A DNA stretch of 63,328 nucleotides from Candidatus Desantisbacteria bacterium CG1_02_38_46 (GTDB taxonomy: Bacteria; Desantisbacteria; UBA1551; UBA1559): contig MNUO01000005.1 of NCBI GenBank assembly GCA_001871015.1, forward strand, positions 1 to 63,328, given 5' to 3'. Position 1 is the stretch's first letter, and each line of letters opens with the position of its first letter. This document shows positions 28,708-37,165 of this stretch, one piece after another. Below the pieces are notes generated by a model. The model did no database searches. It was not told the DNA's origin and worked only from the letters and a program-made list of their open reading frames with translations. The translations under genes were made by a program, and so were the position numbers.

Positions 28708-30681
28708 ATGAAGATGATTAAGTGTAGCGGCATGGTTTGTTCCTGCTTTGCTTTGTTTTCTATTTTTTTATTTTTGAAAATGAGTTTACCTTTTTGTGCT
28801 ATTGCTCAGCTCTCGGAATCTGTAGTTAGTAAAACAGAGATTGAATCAGAAGTTCATCCAATATATTGTGAGGCGGATTACCTTGAATATGATAGAGAGC
28901 AGGGTGTCGTAGAAGGAAGTGGCAATGTTGGAATAAAATATGAAAATATAGGAATTTATTCTGACCATATAAAAGTTAACTTTAAAATTAACGAAATCAT
29001 GGCAAGCGGTAATATATCTTTTATTTCACAAAGTGGAAAAATTATGGGCGATTCAATTACTTACAATATGACTACAAAAAAAGGTGAAGTTTATAATGCT
29101 TCTACTTTTTCTCCTCCATTATACTACCGCGGAAAAGTAATAAATAAAATTTCAGATGATAAAATTGAGGTCAATAAAGGTTTATTTACAACATGTGATT
29201 TAGAAACTCCACATTACAGCTTGAGGGCAGGCCGCATAAACATAGAAATAGATAAGATGGTGACTGCTTCGAATATAACTATTTATGCGGGACCGATTCC
29301 TGTATTTTATTTTCCTTTTCTTGTATTTCCTTTAAAAGAAGGTGCTGTATCATGGTTTTTCCCTACAATAGGACACAGTCAGGAAAAAGGAATTTATGTA
29401 AAAGCAGGCTATAATTATTCGCCTATTCCTTTTTTGTATGGAAGTATTTTTTTTGAATACATGCAAAAAAAGGGGATGGGGGTAGGTTCAGAATATGAAT
29501 ATAAAAGTAAAAAGTGGGGAGGTGCTTCCTCGCTCTATTATGTGAGACAGGGTGATGCCAACCGCTATAAAATAAATCTTAAAGCACAGCCTTCAAACTC
29601 TAATTCTTTTTTCTACACTTACTTTGTAAATGATACAGGTTTTGACAGGGAATTCGGACCTTATTTTAGTTCTCCTTCAAACTGGGTTAAGAAGAGATGG
29701 ACAACATATATTTCTGCTTCCTGTAAATTGTCTAGAAGTCCTGTTAATACAAAATTTGACATAAAGGCTGAAGAGTCAAAAGAAGGTTTTATTTTGGCTT
29801 TTCCAAAGTTTAAACTTTACACATACCCGTTTAAAATAAGGAGTTTTCCTGTCCATACAGACTGGTCCAGCAGTATAGGAAATTATTTTTTTAACAGAGA
29901 GAATTATTTTTTATTTAATAACAATATAGGTTTTACTCCAGAATCTTTAAAAATTTTACCTGGATTAAGTCTTGGTTCCAGGTTAAATCTTCAAGGAGTT
30001 TACTGCAGTATAAATGGTTTAACGCCAGGATATAAATTTACTATTGGACCCAGACTGTGTCCGAATAGAAATTTCCTCCTTCTGGTTAGTTATAATTTAG
30101 ATTCTGAAATAGATGAAGATACATATACTTCAAAACATAATCCCGAACAATATGTAAGGATACTTACTTCCTACACGGGAAAATTTGTTGAATATGATTT
30201 AAGCGGAAATTATGATTTAGGAGATTCAAGTGATTTTGCAGAAAGATTTAAAAAAATAAGATTCGACATAAGCGTTAATTCCCCGAGAGGTTTCAATTTT
30301 TTTAGTTCTACAAAATATAATGTCCTGTGTCCCGGAACTGTCCAGAATGTTTCCTATGTTCGCGCAAATAAAGATAATTGGGCAATCCAATTTGGCAGCC
30401 AGTATTCTGGTTTTACTGCAGGCACGAATGTTAATACAACACCACTTTTCGATTTAACCGGTGAAGTTAACGCCACATTTAAAAAATATAAATTTATCTT
30501 TTCTACCAGTTATGATTTAGTTGAAAAAAAATTCAGGGAACGTGATTATATAATTACAAGGGATTTACACTGCTGGGAGGCCTCTATTATCTATAGAGAG
30601 TTGAGGCCCGAAATTTGGTTTCAGTTTAGTATAAAGGCATTTCCGGGGATAGGTGCGCGATTCCACCCCAAGATCTTTTAA
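28708..30681 (+). CDS. lptD: LptD/OstA-like outer-membrane protein
   Basis: Signal peptide; OstA-like N-domain (GSGNVGIKYENIGIYSDHIKV ... ASGNISF ... GDSITYNM); long Tyr/Gly/Asn-rich beta-strand region ending in Phe. Confidence 0.55.
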   Translation: MKMIKCSGMVCSCFALFSIFLFLKMSLPFCAIAQLSESVVSKTEIESEVHPIYCEADYLEYDREQGVVEGSGNVGIKYENIGIYSDHIKVNFKINEIMASGNISFISQSGKIMGDSITYNMTTKKGEVYNASTFSPPLYYRGKVINKISDDKIEVNKGLFTTCDLETPHYSLRAGRINIEIDKMVTASNITIYAGPIPVFYFPFLVFPLKEGAVSWFFPTIGHSQEKGIYVKAGYNYSPIPFLYGSIFFEYMQKKGMGVGSEYEYKSKKWGGASSLYYVRQGDANRYKINLKAQPSNSNSFFYTYFVNDTGFDREFGPYFSSPSNWVKKRWTTYISASCKLSRSPVNTKFDIKAEESKEGFILAFPKFKLYTYPFKIRSFPVHTDWSSSIGNYFFNRENYFLFNNNIGFTPESLKILPGLSLGSRLNLQGVYCSINGLTPGYKFTIGPRLCPNRNFLLLVSYNLDSEIDEDTYTSKHNPEQYVRILTSYTGKFVEYDLSGNYDLGDSSDFAERFKKIRFDISVNSPRGFNFFSSTKYNVLCPGTVQNVSYVRANKDNWAIQFGSQYSGFTAGTNVNTTPLFDLTGEVNATFKKYKFIFSTSYDLVEKKFRERDYIITRDLHCWEASIIYRELRPEIWFQFSIKAFPGIGARFHPKIF

Positions 30682-30711
30682 TTATATAGAGCGTCATAAA
30701 TAATTACGTAT

Positions 30712-30779
30712 TGTAGTGGTCGAGCTTGCTCGACTTGTAGTGGTCGAGCTTGCTCGACTTCTGGCAGAGTAAACTCTGC
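30712..30779. repeat. Two family-C units plus a variant hairpin
   Basis: TGTAGTGGTCGAGCTTGCTCGACT at 30712-30735 and 30736-30759, then GCAGAGTAAACTCTGC (30764-30779). Confidence 0.9.
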
Positions 30780-30793
30780 ACTTCCCGCATATA

Positions 30794-30822
30794 GGTGTCA
30801 GGTCTTGACAAATGACAAATAT
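30794..30822. repeat. Family-B element, left 29 nt only
   Basis: GGTGTCAGGTCTTGACAAATGACAAATAT is identical to the first 29 nt of the 69-nt element at 36915 and then diverges. Confidence 0.85.
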
Positions 30823-30834
30823 TTTGGAGGTTAG

Positions 30835-31896
30835 ATGAAAGCATTGATTTTAAGTGGGGGGAAAGGTTCTAGATTGCGTCCCATTACTCATACATCAGCA
30901 AAACAGTTAATCCCGATTGCAAATAAACCAATTTTATTCTATGGGTTAGAAGCAATAAGAGATGCAGGAATTGTGGATGTTGGAGTTATTGTCGGGGAAA
31001 CAGGGAATGAAATAAAGGAAGCACTCGGGAATGGTTCGGCATGGGGGCTTAAATTAACTTATATTGAACAAGAATCACCGCTGGGTCTTGCACATGCAGT
31101 GAAGATTGCGCGGGGTTATTTAAAAAAGGAACCATTCGTTATGTTTCTCGGTGACAATCTTATAAAAGATGGTATTGTTCCTTTTGTTGAGGAATTCAAG
31201 AAAAATAAGCCCAATGCCCTTGTTTTACTGGCAAGGGTTAAAAATCCACAGGATTTTGGTGTAGCACAATTAAAGGGAGGAAAGGTAATAAACTTAGAGG
31301 AAAAACCTAAGAAACCAAAGACCAATCTTGCGCTGGTAGGTGTCTACCTTTTTGACCATACTATTTTTGAGGCAATCAGACATATAAAACCTTCCTGGCG
31401 CAATGAACTGGAAATTACCGACGCAATTTCATATTTAATTCATCATGGCTATGAAGTTCACTCGCACATTATTAATGGCTGGTGGAAGGACACCGGAAAA
31501 CTTGAAGATTTACTTGAGGCAAACCGTATAATGCTCGATACCCTGCAATCCCAGGTCAAAGGCAGGGTTAGCAAAGATTCCCGTCTGTATGGAAAGGTGA
31601 TAATTGAAAAGAAAGCTTCAATAGTCCATAGTGTAATTCGGGGTCCAGCAACAATTGGCGAAAATACCCGCATCATTAGTTCATATATCGGACCTTTTAC
31701 TTCTGTGTATCACGATGCAGTTATTGAGAACAGCGAGATTGAACACAGTATTATCCTTGAAGAAAGCAAAATAGAAAATATTGGAAGAATTGAGGATAGC
31801 TTGATTGGAAAAAGTGTGGTAGTTTGCAGACATCCTCGTAAACCCCAGGCTTACCGTTTTATGCTTGGTGATAGTAGTCAAGTAGGTATTATTTAA
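30835..31896 (+). CDS. Glucose-1-phosphate thymidylyltransferase-like sugar nucleotidyltransferase (long form with left-handed beta-helix tail)
   Basis: MKALILSGGKGSRLRPITHTSAKQLIPIANKP signature. C-terminal hexapeptide-like repeats. Confidence 0.8.
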   Translation: MKALILSGGKGSRLRPITHTSAKQLIPIANKPILFYGLEAIRDAGIVDVGVIVGETGNEIKEALGNGSAWGLKLTYIEQESPLGLAHAVKIARGYLKKEPFVMFLGDNLIKDGIVPFVEEFKKNKPNALVLLARVKNPQDFGVAQLKGGKVINLEEKPKKPKTNLALVGVYLFDHTIFEAIRHIKPSWRNELEITDAISYLIHHGYEVHSHIINGWWKDTGKLEDLLEANRIMLDTLQSQVKGRVSKDSRLYGKVIIEKKASIVHSVIRGPATIGENTRIISSYIGPFTSVYHDAVIENSEIEHSIILEESKIENIGRIEDSLIGKSVVVCRHPRKPQAYRFMLGDSSQVGII

Positions 31897-31935
31897 ATTG
31901 GCGGGGAGATGGGTACCCGCCGCAAGGAGGTTAGA

Positions 31936-33237
31936 ATGAAAAGGGTAGTTTTGGTTTTGTTGGTTGGTTGCTTTATCCTTTCGTGTGGAACAGGATGGGC
32001 AGGCAAGCCCGAAGAAACAGGCAAGCCCGAAGAAACAGGTAAGCCTGAAAAAACAGGTAAGGCGTTAGGAAAAGAGAAACATTTTTCAATGGGGGGCTCA
32101 ATTGGTGCAGTTGGTTTAAACGGACAGATGTATTACCGAATTGCGCTTCAGCCAGTGCTAAAGTTCGGCAAGCTCAAAGCTGGTTTAAATCTGAAGCTGG
32201 ATTGGAATGATACTGAGGGCATAAAACCTTATACTGTAGAAGACTGGGTTAATTTGGTTCTTTTTATTCAGTGGGCAGAAAAGGGTGAAAAGCCTCTGTA
32301 TTTCAGACTTGGGGATCTTCAATCTGCTACACTTGGACATGGTTTCATTGTCAACAGGTATTCAAACATGACACCTAAGGCATACAATAATGGCTGGCGT
32401 AATATCGGTTTGGAGTTTGACCTGAATATGGATAAATGGGGATTTGAATCAATCTTTAACAATATTCTTGGCCCGAATTTATGTGGCATAAGAGGTTATG
32501 TAAAACCTCTAAAACTTGCTGATTCTGAAATTCCTATTTTGAATGAACTTGCGCTGGGAGTAAGTTATGCTACAGATGTTGAAACAGGAGTATATGTTGA
32601 CACATACACAAATCTCCCAGAAAAAAATGTGCAGATTATTGGAGCGGATCTGGATCTGCCCATTCTTGATGGATGGCTAATCTATTTCTTTGATATTGCA
32701 CATATATTAAACCATGGAGATGGTTGGGCTACAGGATTTATGGGCGGAAAAGATTTCAATTTCTTATCTCTTGCTTACAAATTTGAATACCGCAATTTAG
32801 GTTCTGATTTTCTTCCCAGATTTTTTGACAATTACTATGAATTCAGCAAACCAAAACTTGTGCAATCACCCAGCGATGTAAGATATAATGGTTGGTACGG
32901 AGAATTAAATTTCAGTATTTTAAAGGCAGTCGGGATACTTATTTCCTATGAAGATTCCTTTAAAGGTGCGTCAAAAATTGAGGGTAATCCAAGACTGCAC
33001 GGAACTTTAATTTTAAACGAGAATCTATTTGCGATAACAAATCAGCGAATTTCAGTATCCGCAGAGTATGACCATAAAAATTTTGATAGAGGTAGGGCTG
33101 AAGACATCGCGATTCAGGGTAAATTTTTATATGGTGTCTCGCAAAACGTTGACATAATTTATGTTTACACTCAAAGATATACTTCAGATGGCAATCCGAT
33201 CAGGTCTACTTCTATTGAAACGAAGCTACATTTCTAA
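31936..33237 (+). CDS. Hypothetical outer-membrane beta-barrel protein with GKPEET repeats
   Basis: ATG behind AAGGAGG (the ORF opens at 31909). Signal/lipobox-like LVGCFILSCG, GKPEETGKPEETGKPEKTGK, alternating-hydrophobic strands, C-terminal ...KLHF. Confidence 0.5.
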   Translation: MKRVVLVLLVGCFILSCGTGWAGKPEETGKPEETGKPEKTGKALGKEKHFSMGGSIGAVGLNGQMYYRIALQPVLKFGKLKAGLNLKLDWNDTEGIKPYTVEDWVNLVLFIQWAEKGEKPLYFRLGDLQSATLGHGFIVNRYSNMTPKAYNNGWRNIGLEFDLNMDKWGFESIFNNILGPNLCGIRGYVKPLKLADSEIPILNELALGVSYATDVETGVYVDTYTNLPEKNVQIIGADLDLPILDGWLIYFFDIAHILNHGDGWATGFMGGKDFNFLSLAYKFEYRNLGSDFLPRFFDNYYEFSKPKLVQSPSDVRYNGWYGELNFSILKAVGILISYEDSFKGASKIEGNPRLHGTLILNENLFAITNQRISVSAEYDHKNFDRGRAEDIAIQGKFLYGVSQNVDIIYVYTQRYTSDGNPIRSTSIETKLHF

Positions 33238-33315
33238 ATGTAACTCAGGACTTTAGTCCTGACATGTAACTCAGGACTTTAGTCCTGACATGTAACTCAG
33301 GACTTTAGTCCTGAC
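33238..33315. repeat. Three exact tandem family-A units (26 nt each)
   Basis: ATGTAACTCAGGACTTTAGTCCTGAC x3 starts directly after the stop codon. A further ACACAC/GTGTGT hairpin lies at 33326-33344. Confidence 0.95.
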
Positions 33316-33377
33316 ATTTTGAGTTACACACTTTCTCGGTGTGTCTCTGTGCCTTCGTGGTTGAAAAGTGAGGATTT

Positions 33378-34430
33378 ATGGATATTAATGAGATTTTGAG
33401 AGAAGCAATTAAGAAGGGTGCGTCTGATATTCATATGTGTGTGGGATTGCCGCCGATGTTCCGCATAAGCGGTGAATTGATTCCATTCGGTAATGTGAAT
33501 TTGACACAGGAAGAAAACAGGAAATTGATATATAACATACTCACGACACAACAAGCAAAAAAGTTTGAGGAAGAATATGAAATAGACCTTTCCTATGGTA
33601 TTCCAGAAGGACGTTTCCGGATTAATGTATACATGGATATTGGCGGAGTATCCGCGGCATTGAGGATCATTCCGGCTGTAGTTCCTACTATGGAAGAAAT
33701 TGGTATGCCGGAGATAGCGTATAAGTTTGCAAGATTACCAAGAGGATTGGTGCTTGTTACCGGACCTACAGGCAGTGGAAAATCCACGAGTCTGGCAGCA
33801 ATAATTAATCTGATTAATATAGAGAGGAACTGCCATATTATTACTATTGAAGACCCTATTGAATTCATCTATCAGAGGAGAAAAGCGATTATCAATCAGA
33901 GGGAATTGAACTTTCATACGAAGTCTTTTTCCCTGGCATTGAAATATGCTCTTCGCCAGGACCCCGACGTGCTCCTCGTAGGTGAGATGCGAGACCTGGA
34001 AACAATTGCTGCTGCTGTGACCCTTGCAGAGACAGGCCATCTTGTTTTTTCAACGCTTCACACCATTGATGCAGCTCAGACCGTTGACCGTATAATTGAT
34101 GTTTTTCCAGCATATCAACAGCAGCAGATAAGAGCCCAATTATCGATGGCATTAGAGGGCGTGATATCTCAGCAATTACTTGGCCGAGTTGGTGGAGGAC
34201 GCGTTGCAGCAAGAGAAGTAATGATTGTAAATACAGCTATCAGCAATTTGATTCGAGAGGGAAAAACACATCAGATTTACAGCGCCATACAAACGAATGT
34301 GGGTATTGGAATGAAAACAATGGAACAATCTCTTAAGGAAATTTACGATAAGGGTTTAATATCCTATGACGAGGCTATTTCCAAATCCAGCAATCCTGAC
34401 GAGATGAGAAGGTTGATAGGAGGTGCTTAA
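33378..34430 (+). CDS. pilT: Type IV pilus retraction ATPase PilT
   Basis: ASDIHM, Walker A GPTGSGKST, IEDPIEF, GEMRD, GHLVFSTLHT, AIxNLIREGK-type motif (AISNLIREGKTHQIYS). Confidence 0.9.
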   Translation: MDINEILREAIKKGASDIHMCVGLPPMFRISGELIPFGNVNLTQEENRKLIYNILTTQQAKKFEEEYEIDLSYGIPEGRFRINVYMDIGGVSAALRIIPAVVPTMEEIGMPEIAYKFARLPRGLVLVTGPTGSGKSTSLAAIINLINIERNCHIITIEDPIEFIYQRRKAIINQRELNFHTKSFSLALKYALRQDPDVLLVGEMRDLETIAAAVTLAETGHLVFSTLHTIDAAQTVDRIIDVFPAYQQQQIRAQLSMALEGVISQQLLGRVGGGRVAAREVMIVNTAISNLIREGKTHQIYSAIQTNVGIGMKTMEQSLKEIYDKGLISYDEAISKSSNPDEMRRLIGGA

Positions 34431-35333
34431 ATGCAATTAATACTTGAAGCACTTACAACTGAAGAAAAGGAAAAAATTTTGAAAATTTCTGACAAAAAAT
34501 CCTATAAAGAAGGAGAGGTAATTGTCCATGAGGGTACACCAGGAGAGGAATTTTATATTCTAAAATCCGGGGAAATAATTATCACCAAGGGAATTGAGGG
34601 AAAGGAAGACAAGACTTTATCTATCCTTGAGCAGGGAGATTTTTTTGGAGAGATGTCTTTGCTTGATGGGGGACCGCATTCTGCAAATGCCACAGCATTG
34701 AAAAACGTGGAAGTCTTAAGCATAAAACGCGAGCTATTTGAAAATATGCTTAAGACCGACTATCAAACGGCTTCGCGATTTTTATTTGCAGTTATCAAAG
34801 TCATGAGTGAGCGCTTGAGAGCTACCAACGAAGAGCTGGTTGCTCTTTATAATGCGGGCAGAATTATAGGTTCATCTCTTAAATTAAAGGAACTCCTTTC
34901 GCAAACGCTTAGATTGCTGATGGATGCAACAGATTCTTCATGCGGGATATTTTTATTAATAAATGAATTTACAGGGGGATTAGAGATAGGGGAATCAAAC
35001 GGGATAAATGAAATTAATAAAGAATTAGCAGCAGAATTGCTTAAGGAACCGCTGGGTACAATAGTAAATGATGTCCTTGGAAATGATAAATTTAAAGGGA
35101 AAATAAATTCTACCAATGAAATTTCTTCATTCATAGCCAGTTCTTTAAAAGTAAAGGAGAAACCTGTTGGAATAATAGTATTGGGTAAAGAATCCAAAGA
35201 TGGTTTTACGAGGGGAAAACTCAACTTACTAATAGCAGTAGCGAACCAGATAGCAACAGCGGTTGAAAATGCTCATTTCAATGAGGAAGTAGCAGCACGT
35301 AAAAAATTAAGGCAGGTTTATATAAAATATTAA
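34431..35333 (+). CDS. Cyclic-nucleotide-binding domain plus GAF-like domain protein
   Basis: cNMP-binding signature GDFFGEMSLLDGGPHSANATA. The C-terminal half is GAF-like by layout. The ATG directly abuts the pilT stop. Confidence 0.65.
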   Translation: MQLILEALTTEEKEKILKISDKKSYKEGEVIVHEGTPGEEFYILKSGEIIITKGIEGKEDKTLSILEQGDFFGEMSLLDGGPHSANATALKNVEVLSIKRELFENMLKTDYQTASRFLFAVIKVMSERLRATNEELVALYNAGRIIGSSLKLKELLSQTLRLLMDATDSSCGIFLLINEFTGGLEIGESNGINEINKELAAELLKEPLGTIVNDVLGNDKFKGKINSTNEISSFIASSLKVKEKPVGIIVLGKESKDGFTRGKLNLLIAVANQIATAVENAHFNEEVAARKKLRQVYIKY

Positions 35334-35404
35334 ACAAAAAGGGGACAGGCTACTTTAATGCATGAAAAAAGCAAAGCAGTTTCTTAATAAAAAAGGAGAA
35401 TAAA

Positions 35405-35992
35405 GTGGTTAAGGTCGGTTTTATTGGATGTGGGGGAATGGCTGGAGTGCATCTGGATAAACTGAAACAGATAGAAGATGTGCAGATAGTGGGTTTATGT
35501 GATATAATAGAAGAAAAGGCAAGGGTGTACAATCAGAAATATGGTGGCAATGTATATACTGACCACAGGGTGATGCTTGATAGGGAAAAAAGTGTTCATT
35601 CTCTCGGATACAGGGGTTTGCTGACAGATATACCGGAAAATGATGTTGACGATGCTTCATCGGCTAACCTTAAGTTTAAAAGCGGAGCCGTTGGCAATTT
35701 TTCAACCACATGTATTCTAAATCCAGGAGTAGGTATGGGACTTGAAATTGCTCTTAAACACATGATGATAAAGGCAGATTCTTCTGGTTACAGTATTATC
35801 AGCGAGCAGCCCCAGGAGGTTAAGGCTACAAATGACTACCTGCTGGATATAGAAAAGTCATTCATAGAGGCAATAAAAACAGGTGACCGTTCTAAGATAA
35901 AATGTAATTATGAGGACGGAATGAAAACTCTTGAAGTAACTCTCGCAGTAAATGAATCAATAAAGACAGGGAAGACCATTCATTTAAAGTAA
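35405..35992 (+). pseudogene. Gfo/Idh/MocA-family oxidoreductase remnant (internally deleted)
   Basis: Only 195 aa. The Rossmann start VKVGFIGCGGMAG...YTDHRVMLDREK jumps straight to C-terminal-domain-like sequence, and no EKP motif is present. The intact family member at 44187-45359 is 390 aa. The stop codon lies inside a repeat unit. Confidence 0.55.
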
Positions 35993-36108
35993 CTCAAACC
36001 TTTAGGTTTGATATCAGGACTAAAGTCCTGAGTTACGTAACTCAGACCTTTAGGTTTGATATCAGGACTAAAGTCCTGAGTTACGTAACTCAGACCTTCA
36101 GGTCTGAT
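35989..36108. repeat. Five abutting 24-nt family-A units in alternating orientation
   Basis: Units at 35989, 36013, 36037, 36061 and 36085: forward, reverse, forward, reverse, forward. Followed by TTTTT. Confidence 0.95.
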
Positions 36109-36175
36109 TTTTCTTGAAGTTATAAGTATAATATTAAAATCTTGGACTTCGTCCAAGAACCTTAAGGAGACGCAG

Positions 36176-36910
36176 ATGGAGCCGAAGCATAAGTCATCGT
36201 CAAGACCTACTCGGCAGCTACAGAACTTCAAAAATATTCCAGTTAAAGACTGGCCTGTTGATGATCGCCCCCGAGAGAAATTGTTGAAATGGGGTGAACA
36301 CACACTTTCTGATGCCGAATTGATAGCGATTCTTATCCGCACCGGTACAAGGGGAATAAGTGCCATTGACCTTGGAAGAAGAATTCTGCAGAAGTTTAAG
36401 ACTTTTCGTCAGATGAGTCATACAGATATTTCTCAGTGGCGGGAAATTGTGGGATTGGGTAATACCAAAATTTGTCAGATAAAAGCAGCAATAGAAATTG
36501 GCAGGAGATTTATTACAGAGGAAAGAAAAAAAGAAGGACCGGTAAAGTCTTCCAGGGAAGTAGCAGATTTAATGATGCCAAGATTAAGGGATTTAAAAAA
36601 GGAAGTATTTAAAATTTTACTCCTTGATGGGCAGAACAATGTGAATAATGTGGTTGAGATGGATGAGGGGACGGTTACTCAGGCTACACCATCAATCCGG
36701 GAGATAATTTCAAGAGCATTGCAAGATTTTGCTGCTGCAATTGTTGCTGTGCACAATCATCCTTCGGGTGATCCGCATCCCAGTGAAGGAGATAAAGAAT
36801 TTACCAGAGAGCTCGTTAGTGCTGGCGAGATTATGCAAATAAAAGTTCTTGACCATATTATAATAGGTGACAACAAGTATTTCAGCTTTGCAGACGAAGG
36901 TCTTTTGTAA
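36176..36910 (+). CDS. radC: RadC-family JAB/MPN-domain protein
   Basis: SDAELIAILIRTG helix-hairpin-helix-like N-terminus and HNHPSGDPHPSEGD JAMM-like motif. Confidence 0.88.
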   Translation: MEPKHKSSSRPTRQLQNFKNIPVKDWPVDDRPREKLLKWGEHTLSDAELIAILIRTGTRGISAIDLGRRILQKFKTFRQMSHTDISQWREIVGLGNTKICQIKAAIEIGRRFITEERKKEGPVKSSREVADLMMPRLRDLKKEVFKILLLDGQNNVNNVVEMDEGTVTQATPSIREIISRALQDFAAAIVAVHNHPSGDPHPSEGDKEFTRELVSAGEIMQIKVLDHIIIGDNKYFSFADEGLL

Positions 36911-36914
36911 AGAT

Positions 36915-36983
36915 GGTGTCAGGTCTTGACAAATGACAAATATCAGGACTAAAGTCCTGAGTTACATGTCAAGACCTGACACC
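36915..36983 (+). mobile_element. 69-nt MITE-like element: 17-bp terminal inverted repeats (family B) enclosing one family-A hairpin
   Basis: GGTGTCAGGTCTTGACA...TGTCAAGACCTGACACC. By manual comparison it is the exact reverse complement of 43217-43285. Confidence 0.8.
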
Positions 36984-37003
36984 AGGAAAAAAGGAGGGTT
37001 AAA

Positions 37004-37150
37004 ATGGCAGAGGGAAGATGTATGAAGTGTAAGAAGCAGGTGGAGATTAAGGACGGAAAGGAATTGGTGATGAAGAACGGAATGAAAGCTATCCAGGGTG
37101 TTTGCCCGGATTGCGGAACAAAGGTTTTTAGAATTTTGGGGAAAAAATAA
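37004..37150 (+). CDS. Small zinc-ribbon protein (DUF5679-like, 48 aa)
   Basis: ORF below the track cutoff, behind AAGGAGGG: MAEGRCMKCKKQVEIKDGKELVMKNGMKAIQGVCPDCGTKVFRILGKK with CxxC...CxxC. Confidence 0.65.
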   Translation: MAEGRCMKCKKQVEIKDGKELVMKNGMKAIQGVCPDCGTKVFRILGKK

Positions 37151-37165
37151 ATAATATAGGGGGTT

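Noticed and set aside
30803-30822. TTGACA inside the family-B repeat acting as a portable -35 box
   Set aside because: No acceptable -10 hexamer lies 16-18 nt downstream at 30794, 36915 or 43217.
35980-36366. Minus-strand 128-aa ORF with repeated KPKGLSYVTQDFSPDI
   Set aside because: The repetitive peptide is an artefact of reading through the family-A hairpin array, and the rest is antisense to the radC 5' end. There is no ribosome-binding site.
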